Assembly (NCBI GenBank): GCA_910587815.1
Contig: CAJUNK010000013.1
Coordinates: forward strand, 11,481-75,480
Length of the DNA stretch: 64,000 nucleotides
Direction: 5' to 3'
Source of the DNA: Candidatus Gastranaerophilales bacterium
GTDB lineage: Bacteria > Cyanobacteriota > Vampirovibrionia > Gastranaerophilales > Gastranaerophilaceae
Below the pieces are notes generated by a model. That model saw nothing but the letters and a program-made list of their open reading frames with translations, was not told the DNA's origin and searched no databases. Of this stretch, positions 43,499 through 52,967 are shown in pieces (positions within the stretch are counted from its first letter, which is position 1; the number at the start of each line of letters is the position of its first letter). The translations under genes and the position numbers were made by a program.

Positions 43499-45277
43499 TT
43501 AATTTTCAAGCTTTTGAATTATTTGAGGGTATTGTTCAAAAATTATATTAAATGCTTCAATGTCATTCATATTTTGGCTTTTGCCGTTTGTTTTGCAAAG
43601 AGCTTCGTTTTGTGAATTTTCAACATTGTAAAAGTTTAAATCCTTATTTTGCACAAGGCCTATTTTTGTGCCGGCCATTACAGCCATTGCCCAAAAATAA
43701 ATGTCATCAAAGGTTGGGATTAAATTCAAGATTTTATCTTTATCAAAAATATCAGAATGTAGAGAATTTGGCGGATAGAGGGTTCCAGCGCCTCCCATCA
43801 ACTGGTTTGAAAAATCAATTTTTTTATTATTATCAAGGTAATGGGGCAAAATCATAAAGTAATCCCCCTTTTTTTCTATTCTACAAGCTCTTCTTGTATA
43901 GATATTATTTGGGTTTTCAAGATATTTTTCATAAAGGCTTTGAAGCCAATCTTTTTGATAATACATATCATCATCTGCTGTTATAATAATATCATTTGGA
44001 AACATTTTTAGTGCAGGCACAAGTTTTTTATAGGATTTTAAATCTTCGCACCATAAAATTTCAAGTCCAAATTCTTTTAATTTTAAAAGTTCATTTGGCA
44101 GATCATCTTCTTTGTTTGGAAACTGATTATCAGATAGCCATAGGATTAATCTGTCTGGCCTTAATGTTTGCTTTAAAAGTGTTTCAATGGTGTGGTGAAC
44201 TGTATTTATGCGCCCTGGGAAGGATGTTAAAGACACAATAAGGCTTGGTATTCTTTTATTTTCATTTAACCCTGGTGATATTGAATTATCCGGGCAAAAT
44301 TTGTCATTTGTTTTAAAGCTTAAATGGATGCCAAAGAAATTTATGTATATATGGCTATCTAGCCTTTTATATAAAAACATTTTTTTATATTTTTTGAATT
44401 TGTAATACAGGTTTTTTGATGTGATTTTTTTCTTTGAAATTGGCAAAAATCCAAAAAGCAATGTAGTTTCTGTATTTTTATATTCTTTTACCTTTAAAAC
44501 GGGTGCACCAAAAATATATTTTATATATTTTGTAATATGCTGGGCTTTTTTGTTTAAAACCAAATTATTTTCATTAAAAAACTTTACAATGGCGCTTTTT
44601 GCAATGTAGCTATCATGCTGTTTTTTTATGGATTGAATAGTTTTTACAATGGAATTATTGTTTACTCTGTAATAATAATAAGTATCAGGCACTGTAACAA
44701 GCTTTTTTGCGGCCTTTAAAATATTTGGAATCCATAAAACATCTTCAAAATACATACCCAATTTAAAAGGCGAATTTTCTATCAGGCTTTTTTTAAAAAG
44801 TTTTCCGCAGGCATAGCAGCAGGCAGGAATTCTACAAATATCCACAATATCTTGCAGATTTTCATACACCTTTTCTTCACTGAAATGCAGCCTGTATTTT
44901 TCGCTATTTGGGCGCTTTCTAATCATTCCGCTTACGGCAATTGCGCAATCATTCTTTATTATTGCACTATATAGTTTTTCTATGTAATTATTATCCACCC
45001 AATCATCAGAATCAATAAATGTGATAAAATTGCCGCTTGCATTTTGTATACCAGAATTTCTTGCAGAGGATAATCCGCCGTTTTCTTTATTTATAATTTT
45101 TATTCTTTTATCCTGTTGTGAAAAATTTTCTAAAAGCATTGGGGTGGAATCTTTTGAACCATCATTTACGCAGATGATTTCGATATCTTTAAATGTTTGG
45201 TTTAAAAGAGAGCTTATGCAATCTTCAAGATAATTTTCAACGTTATAACAAGGGACTATTATTGATACTTCAGGCAT
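43499..45277 (-). CDS. two-domain glycosyltransferase (N-terminal GT2 plus a second GT-A-like domain)
   Basis: VSIIVPCYN...VNDGSKD...IDSDD, then SLIVSLTSFPGR...IIITADDDMYY. Confidence 0.7.
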   Translation of the reverse strand: MPEVSIIVPCYNVENYLEDCISSLLNQTFKDIEIICVNDGSKDSTPMLLENFSQQDKRIKIINKENGGLSSARNSGIQNASGNFITFIDSDDWVDNNYIEKLYSAIIKNDCAIAVSGMIRKRPNSEKYRLHFSEEKVYENLQDIVDICRIPACCYACGKLFKKSLIENSPFKLGMYFEDVLWIPNILKAAKKLVTVPDTYYYYRVNNNSIVKTIQSIKKQHDSYIAKSAIVKFFNENNLVLNKKAQHITKYIKYIFGAPVLKVKEYKNTETTLLFGFLPISKKKITSKNLYYKFKKYKKMFLYKRLDSHIYINFFGIHLSFKTNDKFCPDNSISPGLNENKRIPSLIVSLTSFPGRINTVHHTIETLLKQTLRPDRLILWLSDNQFPNKEDDLPNELLKLKEFGLEILWCEDLKSYKKLVPALKMFPNDIIITADDDMYYQKDWLQSLYEKYLENPNNIYTRRACRIEKKGDYFMILPHYLDNNKKIDFSNQLMGGAGTLYPPNSLHSDIFDKDKILNLIPTFDDIYFWAMAVMAGTKIGLVQNKDLNFYNVENSQNEALCKTNGKSQNMNDIEAFNIIFEQYPQIIQKLEN

Positions 45278-45283
45278 TATTTT

Positions 45284-46882
45284 TTATCCTTCTATTTTTC
45301 TTTCAAAGGCATCTATGAAAGAATTTTTGCTTAAATTATAAATTTTTGCGCCCATATATTTTGAATACTCTTCTAATTTTTCATAGGCGCTGAATGTTAA
45401 ATACCAATCGTATAAAAATTCACTAATGGTTTTTGTTTTTTTTCTATCAGGGGTGCTATAGCATGGTGTTAGGTTTTCATACATTTTATCTTCATAAAAA
45501 TATTTTTTTATTTCATATAAAATATTTTCTTCCACTTTGATATCTGTGATATTTGAATGATTTGCACCGTATAGGTGTATTTTTTCAAATCCAAGATTGA
45601 TTCCTAAAAATAATGCTGAAATAGTGACATTTAAAACATTTGGCATTGCAAGATTTAGTGCATATTCTCTAAATTCTGTTTTTCCTTTATATTTATTTTC
45701 ACTGGCGTTTACATAAATTATATCTATGTTTTCATTTTTCATAGGTAAATCTATGAAAAAATTCCAATTTTGGGCTGCTTTTGGCATAAAAATTGTAATT
45801 TGCCAATCTGTTTGCATTAGGTTTTCATATATTTTTTGATAGGAATTTCTTTTTTCTTCATATAAATCTTTTGCCCAAAAGAAAGGGTCCATAAATACTA
45901 TAAATTCAGGCTTTAATTTATAAAAATATTCTGTTGCAGGAAAATTATTTGTGCAAAATTTCTTTTTGTTTTGTATGAAAGATAATGTTTTTTCATCATT
46001 TAATGTATCTTTTAAATCCGGTCCGTTTGCAAAAACGATACAGCCTTCTTTTTTATTTGATGCAGATATTTTTTTTGAAAATTCTGATATGGCGCTTTTA
46101 TCTATAAAATTATTTGTATCTATTTTAAATTTTTCTATAAAATGCTTTATGTATATTTTAAAGTCGCGAATTAAAGCTATTCTATAGATTGGTCTTCTTT
46201 GTTTGTTAAAATATTTATCAAGAATTAATTTTCTTTCATATTCTCTGCCTTTTGCATTTGATGAAAGTCCGTCTACATAATAGTTTGAAACAATTTCTTT
46301 TATATGTTTAAATTTACAGCCTGCATTTTGAAAACACAACCATTTTTCTAAATCTGCACTTATTTTATAGAATTCATCATAATTTCCATATTTTTCAAAA
46401 AGCTCTTTTTTAATAAATGTGGATTGATGTGAAAGGCAGCTTCTTTTCCAAAATTCTTCCTTAATTTTATTTGGAAATTTTGGAATGTATGAGCTGTTAT
46501 CTTTATTATGGTAAAGGCTGTCACAGTATAAGATATCATTTTTTTTGAATGCATTTTTATGATTTGTGCATATCTTTTCTAGTGAATTATTTTCATAAAA
46601 AGTATCGCCTGCATTCATAAAAATTAGCCACTCGCCCTTGGAGAGTTCTATTGCTTTGTTCATAGCATCATATATGCCGTTATCTTTTTTGCTTATAAAT
46701 ACATCAATTCTATCTTTATATTTTTCAAATGTGTCAATGGTGGGTTTGTCACTTCCGCCATCCATTACAATCCATTCAAAATTTTGAAAGGTTTGATTTA
46801 CAATGCTTTTTAATGTTCTATCTAAATTTTTTTCATTGTAACAAACCGTAATAATTGTAATTTTTGGTTTTTTGCTATCCAA
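45284..46882 (-). CDS. GT2 glycosyltransferase fused to a DUF115/Maf-like C-terminal domain
   Basis: ITIITVCYNE...VMDGGS...MNAGD, then CIVFANGPDLKD...IHLYGANHS, resembling the MptE/motility-accessory-factor fold. Confidence 0.55.
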   Translation of the reverse strand: MDSKKPKITIITVCYNEKNLDRTLKSIVNQTFQNFEWIVMDGGSDKPTIDTFEKYKDRIDVFISKKDNGIYDAMNKAIELSKGEWLIFMNAGDTFYENNSLEKICTNHKNAFKKNDILYCDSLYHNKDNSSYIPKFPNKIKEEFWKRSCLSHQSTFIKKELFEKYGNYDEFYKISADLEKWLCFQNAGCKFKHIKEIVSNYYVDGLSSNAKGREYERKLILDKYFNKQRRPIYRIALIRDFKIYIKHFIEKFKIDTNNFIDKSAISEFSKKISASNKKEGCIVFANGPDLKDTLNDEKTLSFIQNKKKFCTNNFPATEYFYKLKPEFIVFMDPFFWAKDLYEEKRNSYQKIYENLMQTDWQITIFMPKAAQNWNFFIDLPMKNENIDIIYVNASENKYKGKTEFREYALNLAMPNVLNVTISALFLGINLGFEKIHLYGANHSNITDIKVEENILYEIKKYFYEDKMYENLTPCYSTPDRKKTKTISEFLYDWYLTFSAYEKLEEYSKYMGAKIYNLSKNSFIDAFERKIEG

Positions 46883-46942
46883 TTTTATTATCCAAAACTA
46901 AACTTTTGCTTTTTTAATATATGTTTAAAACCTTTAAAAGTC

Positions 46943-46995
46943 AAGAATTGCCCTTGTCTTCTACTTTTTTAGCAAAGATATTAAGGGCAATTCTT
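46943..46995. terminator. 13-bp perfect inverted repeat (AAGAATTGCCCTT-27 nt-AAGGGCAATTCTT)
   Basis: Lies between the holin-IV-like gene stop and the start of the polysaccharide locus. T-rich on the + side. Confidence 0.4.
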
Positions 46996-47027
46996 TTTGT
47001 TTTAAGGTAAGAAAGCTTCTTTGTATT

Positions 47028-47369
47028 TTATTCTCCGTCTATTTTATTGACAGGAACACTTAGAGCCGAAAGTATTAATGAACCTAGAAGAGCACTCCAA
47101 AAACTTGATACTTCAAACCCTGGCGTTAAATACCCTGCAAGCATAAATAAAAGTGCGTTAATAACTAGACTGAAAAGACCTAGAGTTAGAAGGTTAATTG
47201 GTAGTGTAATTAAGTACACAAGCGGCTTTAAAATTGCATTAATCAACCCTATAATTACTATTGCAATTAGAGCAGATTGTATTCCTGATACGCTTATACC
47301 TGGAATGAGCCATGCAATAAAGAGGATAATAAGTGAATAAAGAAACCACCTTAAAATTGTGTAAAGCAT
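47028..47369 (-). CDS. phage-holin-family-IV / DUF360 membrane protein
   Basis: 113 aa with multiple TM helices. LIPGISVSG...LKPLVYLITLPINLLTLGLFSLVINALLFMLAGYLTPGFEVSSFWSALLGSLILS is typical of the family. Confidence 0.75.
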   Translation of the reverse strand: MLYTILRWFLYSLIILFIAWLIPGISVSGIQSALIAIVIIGLINAILKPLVYLITLPINLLTLGLFSLVINALLFMLAGYLTPGFEVSSFWSALLGSLILSALSVPVNKIDGE

Positions 47370-47524
47370 ACTTCCTTTTTCCTTTCTTTTTCATTTTTAT
47401 TTTTTCAGATTTTCCTCTAAATTTAATTGCCCGAAAGTATAATATTTTTTAAGAAATGTAAATAATTCTTAATCTTTTGAAATAGTGCTGCTGATAATTT
47501 TTTGATTTATATAGAACCTCTATC

Positions 47525-49474
47525 GTGTGTAAGAACAAGGATGTTTTAAAAGTGAGTATTAACAAAATAATCGGGTTTCAAAATGAATATTTAGGAAAGT
47601 TAAATGCTATTAATGGCACTCATGATGATTTTGTGACTGCTAATAATTTAAAAAGTGCTAAGGATTTTGAAGATTATCTTGTTGAAGAATTAGATATTGA
47701 TATAGATGTTTTTGATGAAAATTTAGAAGAATTTAAAGCTCTCGCATCTAAAAAGGCCAACAAGGCAGAAGAATCTAAAAACTCTACTGATAAAATAAAT
47801 AAAGAAGATGACGATCATATCGATGATACTGAAGAAGATTCTGAGCTTGAAAAAATTGTAGAATTTTTTGATAAATTATTTTCATCCAGTATAGTCAGAA
47901 ATGAAATAGATGCTAATGGTGATGGTGAAATTTCTGATGATGAAATTATGGATTTTATTGATTCTATTAAAAAATTAGACGGCAATGAAAGCAGTCTTTC
48001 AATAGCAGATTTTACCAAAAAACTGGAAGAACTGGCTGCGGCTGCTCAAGAAGAGTTGCAAAAAGCCGAGAATATGCAGCAAACAGAACTTTTCCCTGAT
48101 TATCAGCAAATAAGCTCTGCGCCAATATCAAACAGTGGTGCAGCTAATGGCGGATATGGAAATTACGGCGGCAATAGGGCTGTATCATCGAATAGTTTTA
48201 ATGATTCTAACTTGCAAAACCTTGCAAATACAATAAATGGAAATGATGCAGAAAGTCTAGAAGAACAAAAAACAGCCCTTCAGGAAGAAATTGATATCCA
48301 CAAAACAAATATTGAAAATATAAAAAATGGCTCATCAGAAAAAGTGCAGGCAGCACAAAAAGATATGGATGAAGCAAAAATAGCAATGGATGAAGCTATT
48401 GAAAATGATGAAAAAATCGATAAAGAAACAAAAGAAAAAATAAAAGAGGTTGAAGAAAATTTAACCGAAAACGCTTCAAATATTACATCAAAAGAGTCTG
48501 AAATATCAGAAACAAAATCTTCAATTTCAAACGCTGAAGCTTCTATTTCAAATTTAGAAGGACTTTTGAATTCTCTTGCAAAACCGACAGGCAAAGAAGA
48601 AGATAAAGAAAAGGATTTAAAATTAAAGGCAAGAAAAGCTGAATTAGAAAACCAAATTCAGACTAAAAAACAAGAGCTTGAAAAATTAAATAAAAACCTT
48701 GAAACCCTTGAAGGGGAATTAAAAGAGCTTGAAACTGAAAAAGAAAAACTAGAGGCTGAGCGCAATAAACTTTTAGAAGAAGAAATGAAAGATGCAAGCC
48801 CTGAAACAAAAGCTGCAATTGAAGCTTATGAAAAAGCACGCGAAAATATTGAAAAAGTAAAGAGTGAAGAATTAACTACCGAACAGGCTGCTCTTGATTC
48901 AAAGCTTAATGAAATGAATGAGTTGGAACAAAAAATTGAGGAGGCAAAAAATAAAAAGGCTGAATCTTCACTAGATTTTGATTTTGAAGAAAATATGACC
49001 GATGCTCAAAAGTCTGAACTTGCAAAGTTCAAAGGAAATTTTGAACAAAACAAGCAAAGATACCAGGCAGTGGCTGATAAAACAGGAATTCCTGCTGAAT
49101 TAATAGCAGCGCTGCATTGGAGGGAATCTAGCGGTAACTTTAATACTTATATGCACAACGGTGATCCTTTAGGTAGTCCTACAACACACTATCCACAAGG
49201 AAAACTTTTCTATGATTGGGAAAGTTCAGCAGTAGATGCACTTTCTACCGATAAATATGGTACTGTGGTAGAAGGTGATGTAAAAACTTATTATGATTTT
49301 GCAGAACATTATAATGGCCTTGGATACAGAAATAAGGGATTAGCATCTCCTTATGTTTGGTCTGGAACGACAAATTATAAGGGAGGAAAATATGTGGCAG
49401 ATGGTCAGTTCAGTGCAAGTGCTATAGATAAACAACTTGGGGTGGCAGTTATGCTTCAATCTGCCGTAAACTAA
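47525..49474 (+). CDS. large coiled-coil protein with an EF-hand/dockerin-like loop and a C-terminal lysozyme-like domain
   Basis: DANGDGEISDDEIMDF, then a long E/K-rich coiled coil, and a C-terminus (IPAELIAALHWRESSGNFNTYMHNGDPLG...YNGLGYRNKG) resembling the COG5526 lysozyme-family fold. The start is non-ATG and uncertain (GTG 47525 or 47552). Confidence 0.6.
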   Translation: MCKNKDVLKVSINKIIGFQNEYLGKLNAINGTHDDFVTANNLKSAKDFEDYLVEELDIDIDVFDENLEEFKALASKKANKAEESKNSTDKINKEDDDHIDDTEEDSELEKIVEFFDKLFSSSIVRNEIDANGDGEISDDEIMDFIDSIKKLDGNESSLSIADFTKKLEELAAAAQEELQKAENMQQTELFPDYQQISSAPISNSGAANGGYGNYGGNRAVSSNSFNDSNLQNLANTINGNDAESLEEQKTALQEEIDIHKTNIENIKNGSSEKVQAAQKDMDEAKIAMDEAIENDEKIDKETKEKIKEVEENLTENASNITSKESEISETKSSISNAEASISNLEGLLNSLAKPTGKEEDKEKDLKLKARKAELENQIQTKKQELEKLNKNLETLEGELKELETEKEKLEAERNKLLEEEMKDASPETKAAIEAYEKARENIEKVKSEELTTEQAALDSKLNEMNELEQKIEEAKNKKAESSLDFDFEENMTDAQKSELAKFKGNFEQNKQRYQAVADKTGIPAELIAALHWRESSGNFNTYMHNGDPLGSPTTHYPQGKLFYDWESSAVDALSTDKYGTVVEGDVKTYYDFAEHYNGLGYRNKGLASPYVWSGTTNYKGGKYVADGQFSASAIDKQLGVAVMLQSAVN

Positions 49475-49602
49475 TGATGTTAACATTAGTTTTTTCAGGA
49501 TGTTGCGCGTCAATATTAGCCCAATATAAAAATTTATGGTAAAATCCTTTTATAAAACTTTTATTTTGTATAAAAATTTTTGCAAGGATTTTATTTAAAA
49601 AT

Positions 49603-50208
49603 ATGGCTATATTGAAGATTTTAAGATATGGAGACCCTGTTTTAAGACAGAAAGCAAAAGAGGTTTCCAAGATTTCAAAAAAAATAAAAACCCTGATTGA
49701 AAATATGCTTGATACCATGTATGCTGCAAATGGTGTAGGGCTTGCTGCGCCACAAGTTGGGGAAAATTTAAGAATTTTTGTAATTGATGTATCAAAAGAT
49801 GATGAACCATATAAGCCTATGGTATTTGTAAATCCTAAAATTATCAAAAAAGAAGGTGCAATTTGCGTTAAAGAAGGCTGTTTAAGTTTTCCTGAAGCCT
49901 ATGTGAATGTGAGGCGTTATTCTGATGTTATGGTGAAAGCGCTTGATATGAACGGAAAACCCTTTGTAATGGAGGCACACAACGGTGAACTTTTAGCATA
50001 CGCCATACAGCATGAAAATGATCATTTGGATGGAGTTTTATTTGTTGATCATTCAAGAAATATCTTTGAGGCGACAGAGGCTTTGCAAAAATATAATCTA
50101 CCCCAGCTGGAAAAAGATAAGCTTTTAGATGAAACAGAATTAGAAGATGCTATTTTACAAAAAGAATCGCAAATGAAAAATAGCAAGGAAAATGGAGGCG
50201 CTAATTAA
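49603..50208 (+). CDS. def: peptide deformylase
   Basis: GVGLAAPQVG, EGCLSFP and HENDHLDG motifs. About 40-aa acidic C-terminal extension. Confidence 0.95.
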   Translation: MAILKILRYGDPVLRQKAKEVSKISKKIKTLIENMLDTMYAANGVGLAAPQVGENLRIFVIDVSKDDEPYKPMVFVNPKIIKKEGAICVKEGCLSFPEAYVNVRRYSDVMVKALDMNGKPFVMEAHNGELLAYAIQHENDHLDGVLFVDHSRNIFEATEALQKYNLPQLEKDKLLDETELEDAILQKESQMKNSKENGGAN

Positions 50209-51160
50209 GGTGGCTATTAAAGTTGTATTTTTTGCAAGCCCTGATATTGCACTTCCTTCATTTGAAAAGTTGCTGAAAAGTAGTGAATTTGAACTGAAAG
50301 CCCTTGTTACACAGCCGCCGAAACCTGCAAAACGCGGCAAAAAAATTATTGATTCTAATATAAAAAAGCTTGCACTTGAATACGGGATAGAAGTTTTAGA
50401 GCCCTGCAAATTATCAAAAGAGCCCGATATTATCTCAAAATTAAAATCTTATGAGGCGGATTTTTTTGTAACATTTGCATTTGGACAGATTTTATCCCAA
50501 GAAGTTCTTGATATTCCCAAATTTCATACAATCAATCTGCATGCTAGCCTTCTTCCAAAATATAGAGGTGCTAATCCAATATGCACGGCACTTCTTTCTG
50601 GGGATGAATATACAGGGATTACAACCATGATAACAGTTTTAGAGCTTGATGCTGGGGATATTTGTTTAACTGAACGTATTGAACTTGATAATAATACAGA
50701 TTTTCTTTGTCTTACAAATGAAATTGCCCAAAAATCTCCTGATTTAATAATACAAACATTAAAAGGTTTATATGAAAATACATTAAAACCCTCTCCGCAG
50801 GACCATTCTTGCGCTACATTTACAAAAAAACTTCAAAAAGCAGATAAAGAGTTAAATTTTGAAAATTCTGTTTGTGCGCTTCATAATAAAGTTCGCGCTC
50901 TAAAAGGTGTAAATACCTGTCATTTTTTGTACAATAATAAGATTGTTAAGGTTTTAAAGACAAATTTTTGTGATTCTACAAACTGTGAAAATTACGCACC
51001 TGGAGAAATTATATCAGTAGAAAAGTGCGGTATGACAGTAAAATGTGCTGATGGTGCAATACTAATTGAAACCGTAAAGCCTGAAGGCAAAGGTGAAATG
51101 CCTGCATATAGCTGGTCTTTGGGTTCAAAGATTAAATGCGGAGAGAAAATAGGATGCTAG
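50192..51160 (+). CDS. fmt: methionyl-tRNA formyltransferase
   Basis: VVFFASPDIALPSF..., HASLLPKYRGANPI, def-fmt synteny. The true start may be GTG 50210, 12 nt after GGAGG. Confidence 0.9.
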   Translation: MEALIKVAIKVVFFASPDIALPSFEKLLKSSEFELKALVTQPPKPAKRGKKIIDSNIKKLALEYGIEVLEPCKLSKEPDIISKLKSYEADFFVTFAFGQILSQEVLDIPKFHTINLHASLLPKYRGANPICTALLSGDEYTGITTMITVLELDAGDICLTERIELDNNTDFLCLTNEIAQKSPDLIIQTLKGLYENTLKPSPQDHSCATFTKKLQKADKELNFENSVCALHNKVRALKGVNTCHFLYNNKIVKVLKTNFCDSTNCENYAPGEIISVEKCGMTVKCADGAILIETVKPEGKGEMPAYSWSLGSKIKCGEKIGC

Positions 51161-51564
51161 ATAAAAATATGGCTCAAAATACAGTAATGACACGTGGTAT
51201 CAGGGGGGCTACCATTGTTTCTGCTAATACGTCAGAAGATATTAAAGATGCAACGGTTGAATTAACTAATGAAATTTTAACCAGAAATTCAATATCTACG
51301 CAAGATATTGCCTTTGCTATTTTTACCCTTACAAAGGATTTAAACGCAGCTTTTCCTGCTAAATTTGCACGTTTGCATTGCGGCTTTGAAATGGTTCCTA
51401 TGATGTGTTATCAAGAGTTGGATGTGCCTGATTCTATAAAAATGTGTCTTCGTGTTCTTGTTGTAACAAATACAAGTATGGCCCAAAATGATATTAAGCA
51501 TATATATTTAAAAGGTGCAAAGGTTTTAAGGGGTGACCTTGAAGACGGTGGTGTAAAACTATAA
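51154..51564 (+). CDS. aroH: chorismate mutase, AroH class
   Basis: TRGIRGATIV...FTLTKDLNAAFPA...CLRVLV is the AroH pattern. Start chosen among three in-frame ATGs. Confidence 0.8.
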   Translation: MLDKNMAQNTVMTRGIRGATIVSANTSEDIKDATVELTNEILTRNSISTQDIAFAIFTLTKDLNAAFPAKFARLHCGFEMVPMMCYQELDVPDSIKMCLRVLVVTNTSMAQNDIKHIYLKGAKVLRGDLEDGGVKL

Positions 51565-51566
51565 AA

Positions 51567-52919
51567 TTGGATGGAAATATTATGGCAAAAATAATTGAAA
51601 AAAAATTGGTCGAATATCCTTATTTGACGGAACCCTTAAGAGTTATCACATTTGATAACGGCCACAAGCTTGTGCTTGCAAAAAAAGAAAGCCCAATGGT
51701 AAATATAAGCAGCTGGGTAAAAACAGGTTCTATTAATGAAAATGCTGATAACAATGGTGTTTCACATTTTTTAGAACATTTAATGTTTAAAGGAACACAT
51801 AAATATAAAGCAGGTGAATTTGATTGTACTTTGGAACGCAAGGGTGGCATTACAAATGCGGCAACAGGTAAGGATTATACATTTTATTATGTCACAATTC
51901 CAAAGGAGCATTTAAAACTGGCGCTTCACATGCATGCCGACATGATGATTGACCCTGTGCTACCCAATGAAGAGATTGGCTCTACATTTGATATTAATGG
52001 GAAACCACCTGTTGATGGGCGCGAAAGGTGCGTTGTTATTGAAGAAATAAGAATGTGTGAAGATAGAAGCTGGCGCAAAGTTTTCGATAAACTAAATGAT
52101 GCAATGTATGAAAAGCATCCATACAAAAGAACAGTTATAGGCTCAAAGGAAATAATAGCCGGTATTTGTCGTGATGATATTATGGCATATTATCAAAATT
52201 ATTACATTCCTTCTAATATGACAACAATTATTGCAGGCCAGTTTGATGAGGATGAGATTATAAAATTTGTTCAGGAAGAATTCAAATTTAAAAATGAAAT
52301 TCCAAAGAAGCTTTTGTCTCCTGATGATAGGACGCCTGAAATTTGCATTAAAAATCCCAAAACCGTTGAAGATAAAGCAGAAGTGCAGACAGGGTATATT
52401 ATGTTTGGTTTTTTGGCTGATGTTGCAAAAAATTTAAAAGAAAGTATTGCGCTTGATTTAATATCTGTTATTTTTGGCGAAGGTAAAAGTTCAAGACTAT
52501 ACAGAAATTTAATTGAAACACCTGAAAAGCCGCATTACTATCAAATTGAAAGCTGCCATTATCAATATCGTGATGGGGATAATTTTTACATTGAAGGAAA
52601 TTTTGATGCAGCATCTTATAATGATATTGTTCCTGAAATAATGGCAGAGCTTGAAAAAATAAAAATTATTACTGATGAAGAATTGAATAAAGCAAAGAAA
52701 CGTTTGAAAGTAAATTTTGCTGAAAGTGCAGAAACTGTATCTGAAATTGCAGAAACTATAGGCCATTATATGACTGTAATGGAAGATGTTGCGCTGGCGG
52801 ATAAGTATTTAAAACTATTGAATGAAATTGATATTGAATATGTTCAAGATATTGCATGTAAATATCTATCAAAAGATAAATATTCTATTAGTATCTTGAT
52901 GCCAAAAGAACAAAATTAG
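51567..52919 (+). CDS. M16 family zinc peptidase (active subunit)
   Basis: HFLEHLMFKGT is the inverted zinc-binding HxxEH motif. Confidence 0.85.
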   Translation: MDGNIMAKIIEKKLVEYPYLTEPLRVITFDNGHKLVLAKKESPMVNISSWVKTGSINENADNNGVSHFLEHLMFKGTHKYKAGEFDCTLERKGGITNAATGKDYTFYYVTIPKEHLKLALHMHADMMIDPVLPNEEIGSTFDINGKPPVDGRERCVVIEEIRMCEDRSWRKVFDKLNDAMYEKHPYKRTVIGSKEIIAGICRDDIMAYYQNYYIPSNMTTIIAGQFDEDEIIKFVQEEFKFKNEIPKKLLSPDDRTPEICIKNPKTVEDKAEVQTGYIMFGFLADVAKNLKESIALDLISVIFGEGKSSRLYRNLIETPEKPHYYQIESCHYQYRDGDNFYIEGNFDAASYNDIVPEIMAELEKIKIITDEELNKAKKRLKVNFAESAETVSEIAETIGHYMTVMEDVALADKYLKLLNEIDIEYVQDIACKYLSKDKYSISILMPKEQN

Positions 52920-52967
52920 TCCTGGCTTTTATGCTCATGGAAAAATAATTTTTAAGGAGAAATTATA

